Source of the DNA: an uncultured Desulfococcus sp.
Lineage (GTDB): Bacteria > Desulfobacterota > Desulfobacteria > Desulfobacterales > Desulfosalsimonadaceae
NCBI GenBank assembly: GCA_964594105.1
Contig: CAZQLG010000001.1
Location: forward strand, 1-31,910
Direction: 5' to 3'
DNA length: 31,910 bases
Below, one piece after another: positions 19,009 to 27,150 of this stretch. A program made the position numbers and the translations under genes. The notes under the pieces are model-generated. The model was not told where the DNA came from, made no database searches, and saw only the letters and a program-made list of their open reading frames with translations. Every line of letters begins with the position of its first letter. The stretch's first letter is position 1.

Positions 19009-19749
19009 TTGACTACGAAGGATGATGATGGAAGCCTCGGGGCCGAGGTTTCAAGTCGATTAGATGAATTGTTTGGAGATGATGATGATTCCGAAGTGAC
19101 ACCGGTGTCAACCGTCCCTTCTGATGCAGTCAGTGTTGCTGGCGAATCAAAAAGAAAGGCCGGGAAAGCAGTTAAGCCCATGGCTGATAGTGCTTCTGAT
19201 AACCTGGACAAGGACTCTCCGATTAGAAATTTAAAGGCGCTGGTCTTTTCTATTGATTGGGAAATCACAGATGAGACAATGGTGGATTATCTTGTCGAAG
19301 TAAAGCGGCTTATGAAGGAATACAAAAACGATAAGATCCTTTCTCTTTTTTTGAAACTGCATGCATCCATCGGCAAGTATATTAAAGCCAAAAAGGCGCG
19401 CGCACACCCGGATTCCATTAAGTTTGTCGCATCTGTTTATAAAAATTTTGAAAAGGCTCTGCTGACGCCGGGAATGAAACAAAGTCAGAAAAAAAAGCTC
19501 CTGACGGTAGAAGTTAAAAAATTTAAGGATTTTAAACAACGGGTTCTTCTCCGGGATAGTACTGCCGAACCGGTACATGTTGTTGAATCTGTTGTAGTCG
19601 CGGATGATCAAAGGACGAAACCGATCAGTGGGGAAGGGCTGTCGAAGGAAACCAAAGAAGCGCTTGACTATATGCTGGAACAAATCAAAAAGGAAATTAA
19701 GGCTGAATTCCACACATTACGGCAGATAATCAAAAATCTCGGTGCCTGA
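19009..19749 (+). CDS. Conserved-looking hypothetical helical protein, 246 aa
   Basis: TTG start with GGAGG RBS 12 bp after mglA; acidic N-terminus (RLDELFGDDDD), helical core (LVFSIDWEITDE...IGKYI...AHPDS), C-terminal coiled-coil. Confidence 0.8.
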   Translation: MTTKDDDGSLGAEVSSRLDELFGDDDDSEVTPVSTVPSDAVSVAGESKRKAGKAVKPMADSASDNLDKDSPIRNLKALVFSIDWEITDETMVDYLVEVKRLMKEYKNDKILSLFLKLHASIGKYIKAKKARAHPDSIKFVASVYKNFEKALLTPGMKQSQKKKLLTVEVKKFKDFKQRVLLRDSTAEPVHVVESVVVADDQRTKPISGEGLSKETKEALDYMLEQIKKEIKAEFHTLRQIIKNLGA

Positions 19750-19838
19750 GAAACGTCCGGCCTGGCTTTTTTGTTTGTCTGTAAATGTTTCGAGTAAAAA
19801 TGATAGGGTATAATAATGATTTTTTGGAGGCTGAATAA

Positions 19839-20309
19839 ATGAACGTTTTTGCCGGTGATATGGCCAAATTGGTTCTGAAAAGAACCGTTCGGGCGGATTT
19901 GGGAGAAGTCTCGCTGGATAGTGAGATGCTTCAGGTTCTGATGGAACTTGATGGGACAAAAAATCTCGGTCAGGTTGCCCAGTCGCTAAATATGAATTTG
20001 AAACAGTTAAGACTGGTTTTAAATCGTCTATACAAACTTCATCTTTGTGAAACCGCAAAAGAAGCGATTCCCAGACTGGACAAATCTTTTTTTCATTATT
20101 TATCCGCAGAGCTGGCCCGTGCTATGGGACCCATTGCAGATGTCGTGATTGAAGATGAAATCAGTGAAATGGGGGAGAGTCAATTGAAATTTCCCGCTCA
20201 CCGTGCTGCCGAACTGGTGGATTTACTGGCTCGCCAGATTCTCAGAGAAGAGAGAAAAGTCGCTTTTCAGCAAGCCATGGTTAGAAAGCTGCGGGAAGTA
20301 AAGGCATGA
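19839..20309 (+). CDS. Hypothetical protein with winged-helix-like N-terminal half and helical C-terminal domain, 156 aa
   Basis: GGAGG RBS; VLMELDGTKNLGQVAQSLNMNLKQLRLVLNRLYKLHL resembles a wHTH; C-terminal ELARAMGPIADVVIED motif. Confidence 0.75.
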   Translation: MNVFAGDMAKLVLKRTVRADLGEVSLDSEMLQVLMELDGTKNLGQVAQSLNMNLKQLRLVLNRLYKLHLCETAKEAIPRLDKSFFHYLSAELARAMGPIADVVIEDEISEMGESQLKFPAHRAAELVDLLARQILREERKVAFQQAMVRKLREVKA

Positions 20310-20380
20310 ATCAATCAAGTTAATTGATTTTAACGTGTTACATTATTCATTGTTGCCAATTTAATTAAGGAGGAGAAGAT

Positions 20381-21559
20381 ATGACGGTTATTTGTGAAGA
20401 GTGCGGGAAGGTTTATCATATAGATCCTGATAAGCTAGACCAGTATAAAGGTAAATCCGTCAGGGTTCGTTGTGGTGAATGCGGGCATGTGACCCAGATC
20501 TCAAAGTTGATTGAAGCGACGGAGGAACCAGCTGATGATTTCGCAGCCGCTGATATCCCTGATATGCCGTCATCGGTGCCTGGTGAAGAAGAAAGAGAGG
20601 AAGAACCTGTTGACCATTCGGAACGCATGAGCGCCGGAAGTACTGATGGCCGTTCCAGTGGATGGCTTGGATTAAGAGGAAAAATGATGATTCTTTTCCT
20701 TGTCCTTCCGATTCTTCTAATGGCAGTTTCCGGATATCTTTCTCAACAGCAGTTAAACAAACTGGCGAATGAAATTACCGAGGAGAGTACCGCCCTTGTT
20801 CTGGAAGAAGGTAAGGAAAAGCTCATGCAAAAAGCCAGGGATGTGGCATTGCAAGCCGAGATCTATCTGCGCGCCCACCCGGACCTTGTAAGAGAGGATT
20901 TTTTCTATGATCCTGACTTTAGTGGAATAGCCGTGCAAAGTGTCGGGCAGTCCGGTTACACCTGCATTATTCAGCAGCCGGAAGCGGATAAAGGTCAGAA
21001 CTGGACGATCTGGGCGCACCCCAATCCGAATATTATCGGAATTGATGATATTGATATGATCAGAAAGGCGCTGGGGCCCTATTTTGAGAATTTTTGGAAT
21101 GTGCTGACCGGTGCTCTGGGAATGAAAGAGTCTGAAGGTTTTTATCGCTGGAAAGATCCGGATGGAAAAATCAGGGAAAAATATATGGCACTTGCCCCGA
21201 TTCAGCTTGAAGGGAAGCCCTTTCTCTTGATGAGTACCGCGTATATTGATGAATTTACCAACAAGACGGAGGATCTTAAAAAACGGGCCCAAAAACTGTC
21301 TGTGGATACCCGGAATCTAAATTTTGGTATTCTGATCGGGGCGATTGTTTTGATTGGTTTAATTATTATCATCTATGGTTATAGATTAACCAGAAATATT
21401 CAGTATCTGACGGAAGCAGCTGATCGTATCAGTGTCGGTGATCTTGAGGCAGAAATTGATGTTCATTCAAAAGATGAAATCGGCAACCTTGCAGATGCGA
21501 TTTCAAGGATGCAGGACAGCCTCCGGTTTTCGATTGAGCGGTTAAGACGCAGACGATAA
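20381..21559 (+). CDS. Membrane sensor: Zn-ribbon + TM + Cache-like periplasmic domain + TM + HAMP, no output domain, 392 aa
   Basis: CEEC...CGEC; TM1 MMILFLVLPILLMAVSGYL; Cache-like SVGQSGYTCII, WAHPNP, YRWKDPDG; TM2 FGILIGAIVLIGLIIIIYGY; HAMP LTEAADRISVGDL...DEIGNLADAISRM; stop about 12 codons later. AAGGAGG RBS. Confidence 0.88.
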   Translation: MTVICEECGKVYHIDPDKLDQYKGKSVRVRCGECGHVTQISKLIEATEEPADDFAAADIPDMPSSVPGEEEREEEPVDHSERMSAGSTDGRSSGWLGLRGKMMILFLVLPILLMAVSGYLSQQQLNKLANEITEESTALVLEEGKEKLMQKARDVALQAEIYLRAHPDLVREDFFYDPDFSGIAVQSVGQSGYTCIIQQPEADKGQNWTIWAHPNPNIIGIDDIDMIRKALGPYFENFWNVLTGALGMKESEGFYRWKDPDGKIREKYMALAPIQLEGKPFLLMSTAYIDEFTNKTEDLKKRAQKLSVDTRNLNFGILIGAIVLIGLIIIIYGYRLTRNIQYLTEAADRISVGDLEAEIDVHSKDEIGNLADAISRMQDSLRFSIERLRRRR

Positions 21560-21580
21560 TTTTTAAAAAATGTTATTCAA

Positions 21581-21627
21581 AACAAAACAAGCAATGTGTT
21601 AAATAACAACACATTGCTTGTTTTGTT
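21581..21627. terminator. Perfect 20-bp inverted repeat (terminator, RNA-processing stem or operator)
   Basis: aacaaaacaagcaatgtgtt (21581-21600) - aaataac - aacacattgcttgttttgtt (21608-21627). The structure is certain; the function is not. Confidence 0.6.
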
Positions 21628-21693
21628 ATATGAGAATTAAATAATATTTTTCCGGTATAATTTTTCCCGGAGGAATTCGTACAGGAAAAAATA

Positions 21694-22734
21694 ATGATTA
21701 TAATACCGAGGGAGAAATCGGCTGTTTCTGATTTAAACAGTTATTATCTTAAAATTGATAAATTAATCGAACATTATCAGGGCGCCTTGGGTACCGGTGG
21801 GGTGTATTTTAAATCTCCGATATCTGAAGGTGTTGTTTTTTTTGATGAGGACAACCTGCTCAATGGTTATTATAAAGATAAAAAAGTAGAGCTCAAAGGC
21901 GGGGCCGCTTTAAGAAAAATTAACGAAACCGCTTCAAAAAATAATTATTTGGTAACAGTGTATTATATTTTGCCGGAGAGGGTTTATTACTGGGCAAACC
22001 TTTCCAATGCGGAACCATTATATCGTGATTTGAGCTCAGAGTTTACGGACCTTGAAGGCCTGATTAAAAAGATGGAAAATGAAAAAGTTACCGGCTACAT
22101 TGATGTGAAATTCAATCAGGATGCCGGTGGTGGGCTGTTGTTTATTTACAATGGTGAAGTCATTGGCGGTGCCTCCTCCCAAGGTGTTGATGCGCTGGAT
22201 CGATCTGTTGAGTATCGGGATGATTTAATAACAAGATCCCGGGAATTCGGTGGTAATTTTAATGTTAAGAAAATTCAATTGTCAACGATTACCTCTCTGT
22301 CAAAACCCTCAGCTCCTGATAAGGAGACCAAGCTGGTTCTAAAGCCGTCCAAACCCAAAAAAACAAAAGCACTCCCTCAAAAAGATTCGCAGCGTGTTTT
22401 GCGTATGCTACAGGATCTTTTGGTGCTATTGGAGAAAGTGGTTCGGTCAAACAAACGGATAAAGGTTGATTTCGAAACCCTGTTAAACAAACAGTTTGTT
22501 GATAAAGTGGATCAATATGATTTTCTTGATCCATTTGCCGCTGAATTTCGATATTCGAACGGCAAGGTAACATTCAGCGGAAGAGCGAGCCAGAAAGAGC
22601 TTGTCGCTTCGATTACAGAGTGTGTTAAAGATATGGCGTTAAGTCTTGGCATGACAGCGGTTTTTAGAAAATATCTGGCAACATGGAAAAAAAACTATAC
22701 GGATGAAATTATTGATTTTAATATAGAAATGTAG
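21694..22734 (+). CDS. Hypothetical protein with two PATAN/DUF4388-like beta modules, 346 aa
   Basis: TGGVYFKSPISEGVVFFDEDNLLNG and TGYIDVKFNQDAGGGLLFIYNGEV; the second aligns with the PATAN segment of the next gene at 10/24 identities. Confidence 0.75.
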   Translation: MIIIPREKSAVSDLNSYYLKIDKLIEHYQGALGTGGVYFKSPISEGVVFFDEDNLLNGYYKDKKVELKGGAALRKINETASKNNYLVTVYYILPERVYYWANLSNAEPLYRDLSSEFTDLEGLIKKMENEKVTGYIDVKFNQDAGGGLLFIYNGEVIGGASSQGVDALDRSVEYRDDLITRSREFGGNFNVKKIQLSTITSLSKPSAPDKETKLVLKPSKPKKTKALPQKDSQRVLRMLQDLLVLLEKVVRSNKRIKVDFETLLNKQFVDKVDQYDFLDPFAAEFRYSNGKVTFSGRASQKELVASITECVKDMALSLGMTAVFRKYLATWKKNYTDEIIDFNIEM

Positions 22735-22803
22735 CATATATATAATTATGTTCGTGTTCGGATGATTCCATATGTCATTTTCCGCAGGGTAAAGGAATAG
22801 AAG

Positions 22804-23937
22804 ATGAGACCCAATGTTTTAATTGTTGATGATGATCAGGCATTTTTACGCTTGATCCAGAAAGATCTTGAAGGCTTTTCAGAATCATTTAATGTCTTAA
22901 CAGCTGATGCTGGAAACGCCGCTTTGGAATTGCTGAAAAAGACATATGTATCATTTATTGTCTCTGATTTAAGAATGCCGGGAATGGACGGGTTTGAGTT
23001 CCTGACAATTATTTTGAAAAAATTTCCGGATATTCCTGTTTATATGATGACCTCTTATGATAAACCAAAGACGAAGGATGTGGTTATTAAAAGTGGTGCG
23101 GCCGGTTATTTGAAAAAACCGTTTACTGCCATTGAGTTGTTTGGTGAAATAACAAAAACGTTAAATAAAAAAGCGGAAGGCGGAAGCCTTCACAATGTAA
23201 CGTTGGAAACATTTCTTCAACTCATTGAAATGGAACAGCAGACAAGTACATTGCGGGTTGTTGATAAAAAAGAAGCGCAGGGGGGTGTTCTTTTTTTCAG
23301 GAACGGTGAACTGATGAATGCCCGGGTTGGTGATATGCAGGGAAAGGCTGCCGCCTATGAAATCTTATCCTGGTCCAATGTTTCATTATCCATTGAGCAG
23401 GACTGCGTATTTCAGGAAAAGATTATCCAGGGTGATCTTCAGGCCATTTTATTGGATGCCATGCGGGTAAAAGACGAGTTGGCTGAAAAAAATGAAATGG
23501 GAGATGACGCTGAAAATAGTGAAATCCTTTTGGATGCACCGTTATCAGAAACAGAAGAGGATTTGGCGGAAGCAAAATTTGAACCACCTGTCGACCGGAT
23601 TTCGACGAAGAAACCAGAAACCACAGTAAAGGTGCACCCGATAAAAGAAGCAGTTGAATTGTCAAAACTTTCTCCGATTGATACCATTCGTATGAAAATT
23701 AAAAATTCTATTGGCGACCGAGATGGCATTTTGGATATATTCCATGACCCGAATTGGGATGCATTGATAGATCAGGCTTCAAATATCGGGAATGCCTTTA
23801 ATTGTGGGCGATTAAATGTTTTATATGTCAACCGTGAGAAAGATGATCAGTTTATCATTGTCCCGGGAGAAGAAACGACGGCCATATCAATTTCGGCGGA
23901 TGCCCCCTGGGATCGAATTATTGATGTTCTGGGATAG
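22804..23937 (+). CDS. Response regulator REC + PATAN/DUF4388 + acidic linker + C-terminal alpha/beta domain, 377 aa
   Basis: LIVDDD, VSDLRMPGMDG (phospho-Asp), MMTS, YLKKPF; GSLHNVTLETFLQLIEMEQQTSTLRV...GVLFFRNGELMNA...AAYEILSW is the PATAN signature. Confidence 0.9.
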   Translation: MRPNVLIVDDDQAFLRLIQKDLEGFSESFNVLTADAGNAALELLKKTYVSFIVSDLRMPGMDGFEFLTIILKKFPDIPVYMMTSYDKPKTKDVVIKSGAAGYLKKPFTAIELFGEITKTLNKKAEGGSLHNVTLETFLQLIEMEQQTSTLRVVDKKEAQGGVLFFRNGELMNARVGDMQGKAAAYEILSWSNVSLSIEQDCVFQEKIIQGDLQAILLDAMRVKDELAEKNEMGDDAENSEILLDAPLSETEEDLAEAKFEPPVDRISTKKPETTVKVHPIKEAVELSKLSPIDTIRMKIKNSIGDRDGILDIFHDPNWDALIDQASNIGNAFNCGRLNVLYVNREKDDQFIIVPGEETTAISISADAPWDRIIDVLG

Positions 23938-24000
23938 AAAATAGATAACTAATTTATTACATGATATGACTAATATGAAACAAGCAGCACGGATAAAGCA

Positions 24001-24369
24001 ATGAAAGATATATTTAAAGATGTAATGGGAATCGCAGGCGTCCATGGTTTAATGGTTATTACGAATGAGGGTAGCGTGCTGCTGAGCAGGTTTGATCCGG
24101 ACTATCGGCGTGAGGAGGAAAAACTTTCTCAAATCAATTGGGAGCCTTTTACCATTGAGATGAATAGTATTAAAGATGCAGAAATCGTTTATGACAGCGC
24201 ACGGTTTTATATAAAAAAAAGAGATACCGAATTTTTGATCGTGATTATCGGCGATAACGCACCGATTTCTATGGTACGCCTTAATTGTGAAATTTTGCTT
24301 CCATTGCTGAAAAAAATTCAACCGGCCAGTAAAAGAATCGGTAACCTCCTGAGGAAAAAAATATTTTAA
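24001..24369 (+). CDS. Second, divergent roadblock/LC7-like protein, 122 aa
   Basis: DVMGIAGVHGLMVITNEGSVL N-terminus and LIVIIGDNAPISMVRLNCE C-terminus match the roadblock pattern. Confidence 0.65.
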   Translation: MKDIFKDVMGIAGVHGLMVITNEGSVLLSRFDPDYRREEEKLSQINWEPFTIEMNSIKDAEIVYDSARFYIKKRDTEFLIVIIGDNAPISMVRLNCEILLPLLKKIQPASKRIGNLLRKKIF

Positions 24370-24567
24370 GAATATTTTGTTTTATTAAAAATTGAATATT
24401 CACTGATCGGTTTCCGCACATTCATCTATTTATGTATAAACTCCATCCTGTATGACATGCATAACGGTTTCTTAATATTGTTTCTTCATATATTTACGTA
24501 ATTAAAAGATTTAGCGCTGCTTTGCAACGTGAGCTGAAAACAAAAAGACTGGCCAGGAGCCACGACC

Positions 24568-26955
24568 ATGGAAAGTGTTCAAACGACAACTGAAGATTAT
24601 CAAGCCAAAATCAAATCTGCAGAAGCCTATGAGAAACATGGACTTTATGATGAAGCTTTGGAATTATATAAAGATATCTTATCCGGGGATGCTGATCTGG
24701 AAGAAGAAGTTATTCAGAAAATTAAATTCAAAGTAGATGAACTCGGTAAGGAAATTGAGGACAATGACAATCCATCTCCGTATAACCTGTCAACCGAAGA
24801 TGTCTCTCACATAAAAACCGGGCTTTCAACCGGAGAAAGCGGTCCGGATATCTATAACAGTGCCACCGCTTTCAAAGAACTTGGCTTGTACCGGGAGGCC
24901 ATTTCAGAATATAAAAAATTATTTCAGACAGATTATTTAACGGATGATTTTTTGGCGGATTTTTTGGAATGTAGCCTGGCAGTGAACAGCCCGGCAGATG
25001 TTGTTAAGGAAGTTGATCAGATTATTACCGAAAATAATATTGAGAAGAAAGCCCGGGCCGCGATTCATTTTATGCTGGGTGGTGAACTGGATAAGCGACA
25101 CTATAAAGAGCAGGCGATTAAATGTTATGAAGCGGTCCAAAAAATTGATCCGATTTATCCTCAAATTAAAAGGAGAATTGAGTCTGTTCAACCGGATAAA
25201 CGATTTGACTCTCGATATGATTATCTGTTGCGCAACAAAATCGTGGATACGGACCAGCTTCAAAAAGGACTGGCCCTGTCCAAAAAAATGAAAAAAAGTG
25301 TTGAAGCTGTTTTGATGGAACAGTTTAAAACATCCAAAGAAGATATTGGAAAGTCTCTTTCCGCTTATTACGGTTGCCCGTTTAAAGTGTTTGATGCCAA
25401 AATGGAAGTGCCTTATGAGTTGATCAGCAATTTAAAAAAACCTTTTTTAATCCAGGATGTTTGGGTGCCGCTGCATTGGGAAATCGATCATATTGAGATT
25501 TTGATCGATGACCCAAAGGATCTTAGCAAGTTAGATCATGCCAAAGCGCTTTTTAATACGAACAAGTTTATATTTTCTGTTGGTATTAAAGAGGATATTG
25601 TCGAAATTATAAACCATTTTTTTGCACAGGGGAAGACGCGCAAAAAAGAAGTCGGCACCGGGGCATCCACGGATGAATTTGATCAAATGCCGGATATCGC
25701 ATTTGAAGAGGTCGATGAAGAAGAGGATGATGGCGATGAAACATTTAACGAAGCCTCCGGAAAAGTCGTTCAGCTGGTGGATCAGGTACTGATTACGGCA
25801 TATCGCAAAGATGCATCTGATATACACATAGAACCGTCTACCATCTCAAAAAGGACAAAAATTCGTTTCAGGATTGACGGGGTTTGCCAGGATTTTCTTG
25901 AAGTTCCGAATTCCTTTGCAACAGCGATCCTGTCCAGAATTAAAATCATGGCAAATCTTGATATCGCAGAAAAACGTTTACCTCAGGATGGGAAAATCAA
26001 ATTTAAACGAAAAGGGATACCGACCTTTGAATTACGGGTCGCAACGGTGCCTACCGCCGATAGTCAGGAAGATGTTGTTATGAGAATTCTGGCAACCAGC
26101 GGCGCGATGAAACTGGAAGACCTGACCCTGACTGAAAGAAATATGGAAGTTTTATTAAAGGCAATCGCCAAGCCTTACGGCCTGGTTCTTGTTGTTGGCC
26201 CCACCGGATCGGGTAAGACAACAACCCTGCATTCAGCACTGCACCATATTAATACACCGGCGCGTAAAATTTGGACGGCTGAAGATCCAGTTGAAATCTC
26301 TCAGCTCGGGTTACGCCAGGTTGAGATTAAGAATAAGATCGGTCTGGATTTTGCCAGGGTTATGCGGGCATTTTTGAGGGCCGATCCTGACATCATCATG
26401 GTGGGTGAGATGCGCGACTATGAGACAGCATCTATCGGCGTTGAAGCCTCGTTGACCGGTCATTTGGTTTTTTCTACACTCCACACCAACAGTGCCCCTG
26501 AAACGGTGACTCGTCTTTTGGATATGGGGCTGAATCCATTAAATTTTTCTGATGCATTCCTTGCTGTACTGGCACAACGTCTGCTCCGCCGATTGTGTAA
26601 GAATTGTCGGAAAGCGTATTCACCGAGCCAGGAAGCGTTTGATGATATTGTGCACGATTATGGAGAAGAAGATTTTAAACAGACCGGAATAAAATTTTCT
26701 TCAGATCTGACGCTGTATTCACCGGTTGGTTGTGATCAGTGTAATGGATCAGGATATAAAGGTCGATTGGGAATTCATGAGCTCATGGAAGGAACGGCAG
26801 ACATCAAACGAATGATCAAAAAACAGGCCAGTGCGGAAGAATTATTTGTGAAAGCAAATGAACAAGGTATGACAACCCTTATGCAGGACGGAATCCTGAA
26901 GGTTTTTGGGGGACATTCGGATATGGATGAAGTCCGAAGGGTTTGTATTAGTTAG
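24568..26955 (+). CDS. pilB: PilB/GspE-family (type IV pilus / T2SS) extension ATPase with N-terminal TPR domain, 795 aa
   Basis: ASDIHIEP, RFRIDG, LDIAEKRLPQDG, Walker A GPTGSGKTTT, TAEDPVE, Walker B DPDIIMVGEMRD, TGHLVFSTLH, Zn site CKNC...CDQC. PilB versus GspE versus orphan paralogue cannot be resolved from this window. Confidence 0.85.
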   Translation: MESVQTTTEDYQAKIKSAEAYEKHGLYDEALELYKDILSGDADLEEEVIQKIKFKVDELGKEIEDNDNPSPYNLSTEDVSHIKTGLSTGESGPDIYNSATAFKELGLYREAISEYKKLFQTDYLTDDFLADFLECSLAVNSPADVVKEVDQIITENNIEKKARAAIHFMLGGELDKRHYKEQAIKCYEAVQKIDPIYPQIKRRIESVQPDKRFDSRYDYLLRNKIVDTDQLQKGLALSKKMKKSVEAVLMEQFKTSKEDIGKSLSAYYGCPFKVFDAKMEVPYELISNLKKPFLIQDVWVPLHWEIDHIEILIDDPKDLSKLDHAKALFNTNKFIFSVGIKEDIVEIINHFFAQGKTRKKEVGTGASTDEFDQMPDIAFEEVDEEEDDGDETFNEASGKVVQLVDQVLITAYRKDASDIHIEPSTISKRTKIRFRIDGVCQDFLEVPNSFATAILSRIKIMANLDIAEKRLPQDGKIKFKRKGIPTFELRVATVPTADSQEDVVMRILATSGAMKLEDLTLTERNMEVLLKAIAKPYGLVLVVGPTGSGKTTTLHSALHHINTPARKIWTAEDPVEISQLGLRQVEIKNKIGLDFARVMRAFLRADPDIIMVGEMRDYETASIGVEASLTGHLVFSTLHTNSAPETVTRLLDMGLNPLNFSDAFLAVLAQRLLRRLCKNCRKAYSPSQEAFDDIVHDYGEEDFKQTGIKFSSDLTLYSPVGCDQCNGSGYKGRLGIHELMEGTADIKRMIKKQASAEELFVKANEQGMTTLMQDGILKVFGGHSDMDEVRRVCIS

Positions 26956-26998
26956 TGTCTCGTCAAGATTACTCCATTTCATTCTTGACAAGACACTA
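26953..26998. repeat. 46-bp inverted repeat (mini-MITE/scar or terminator) starting at the ATPase stop codon
   Basis: tagtgtctcgtcaaga (26953-26968) versus reverse complement of tcttgacaagacacta (26983-26998): 15/16; 14-nt loop; the first three bases are the TAG stop. Confidence 0.7.
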
Positions 26999-27150
26999 TG
27001 CAGAATCAATTATTTTTTGTTCGTATTCGTAAAAAATAAAATCACTTGCAAGATTTAATGACGGATTGAGCAATAAATATTTTTTGTTGAATTAAAAATA
27101 GAAAATGAACCAACGGATAGAATTAATTCAGGAGCTGTAAAGTATATCAA

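Noticed and set aside
24505-24530. Sigma54 promoter upstream of the ATPase (tagcgctgctttgca)
   Set aside because: Lacks the invariant GG-N10-GC arrangement.
26985-27016. Perfect TTGACA as a sigma70 -35 for pilZ
   Set aside because: No acceptable -10 at 16-18 bp spacing; the hexamer is part of the 46-bp inverted repeat.
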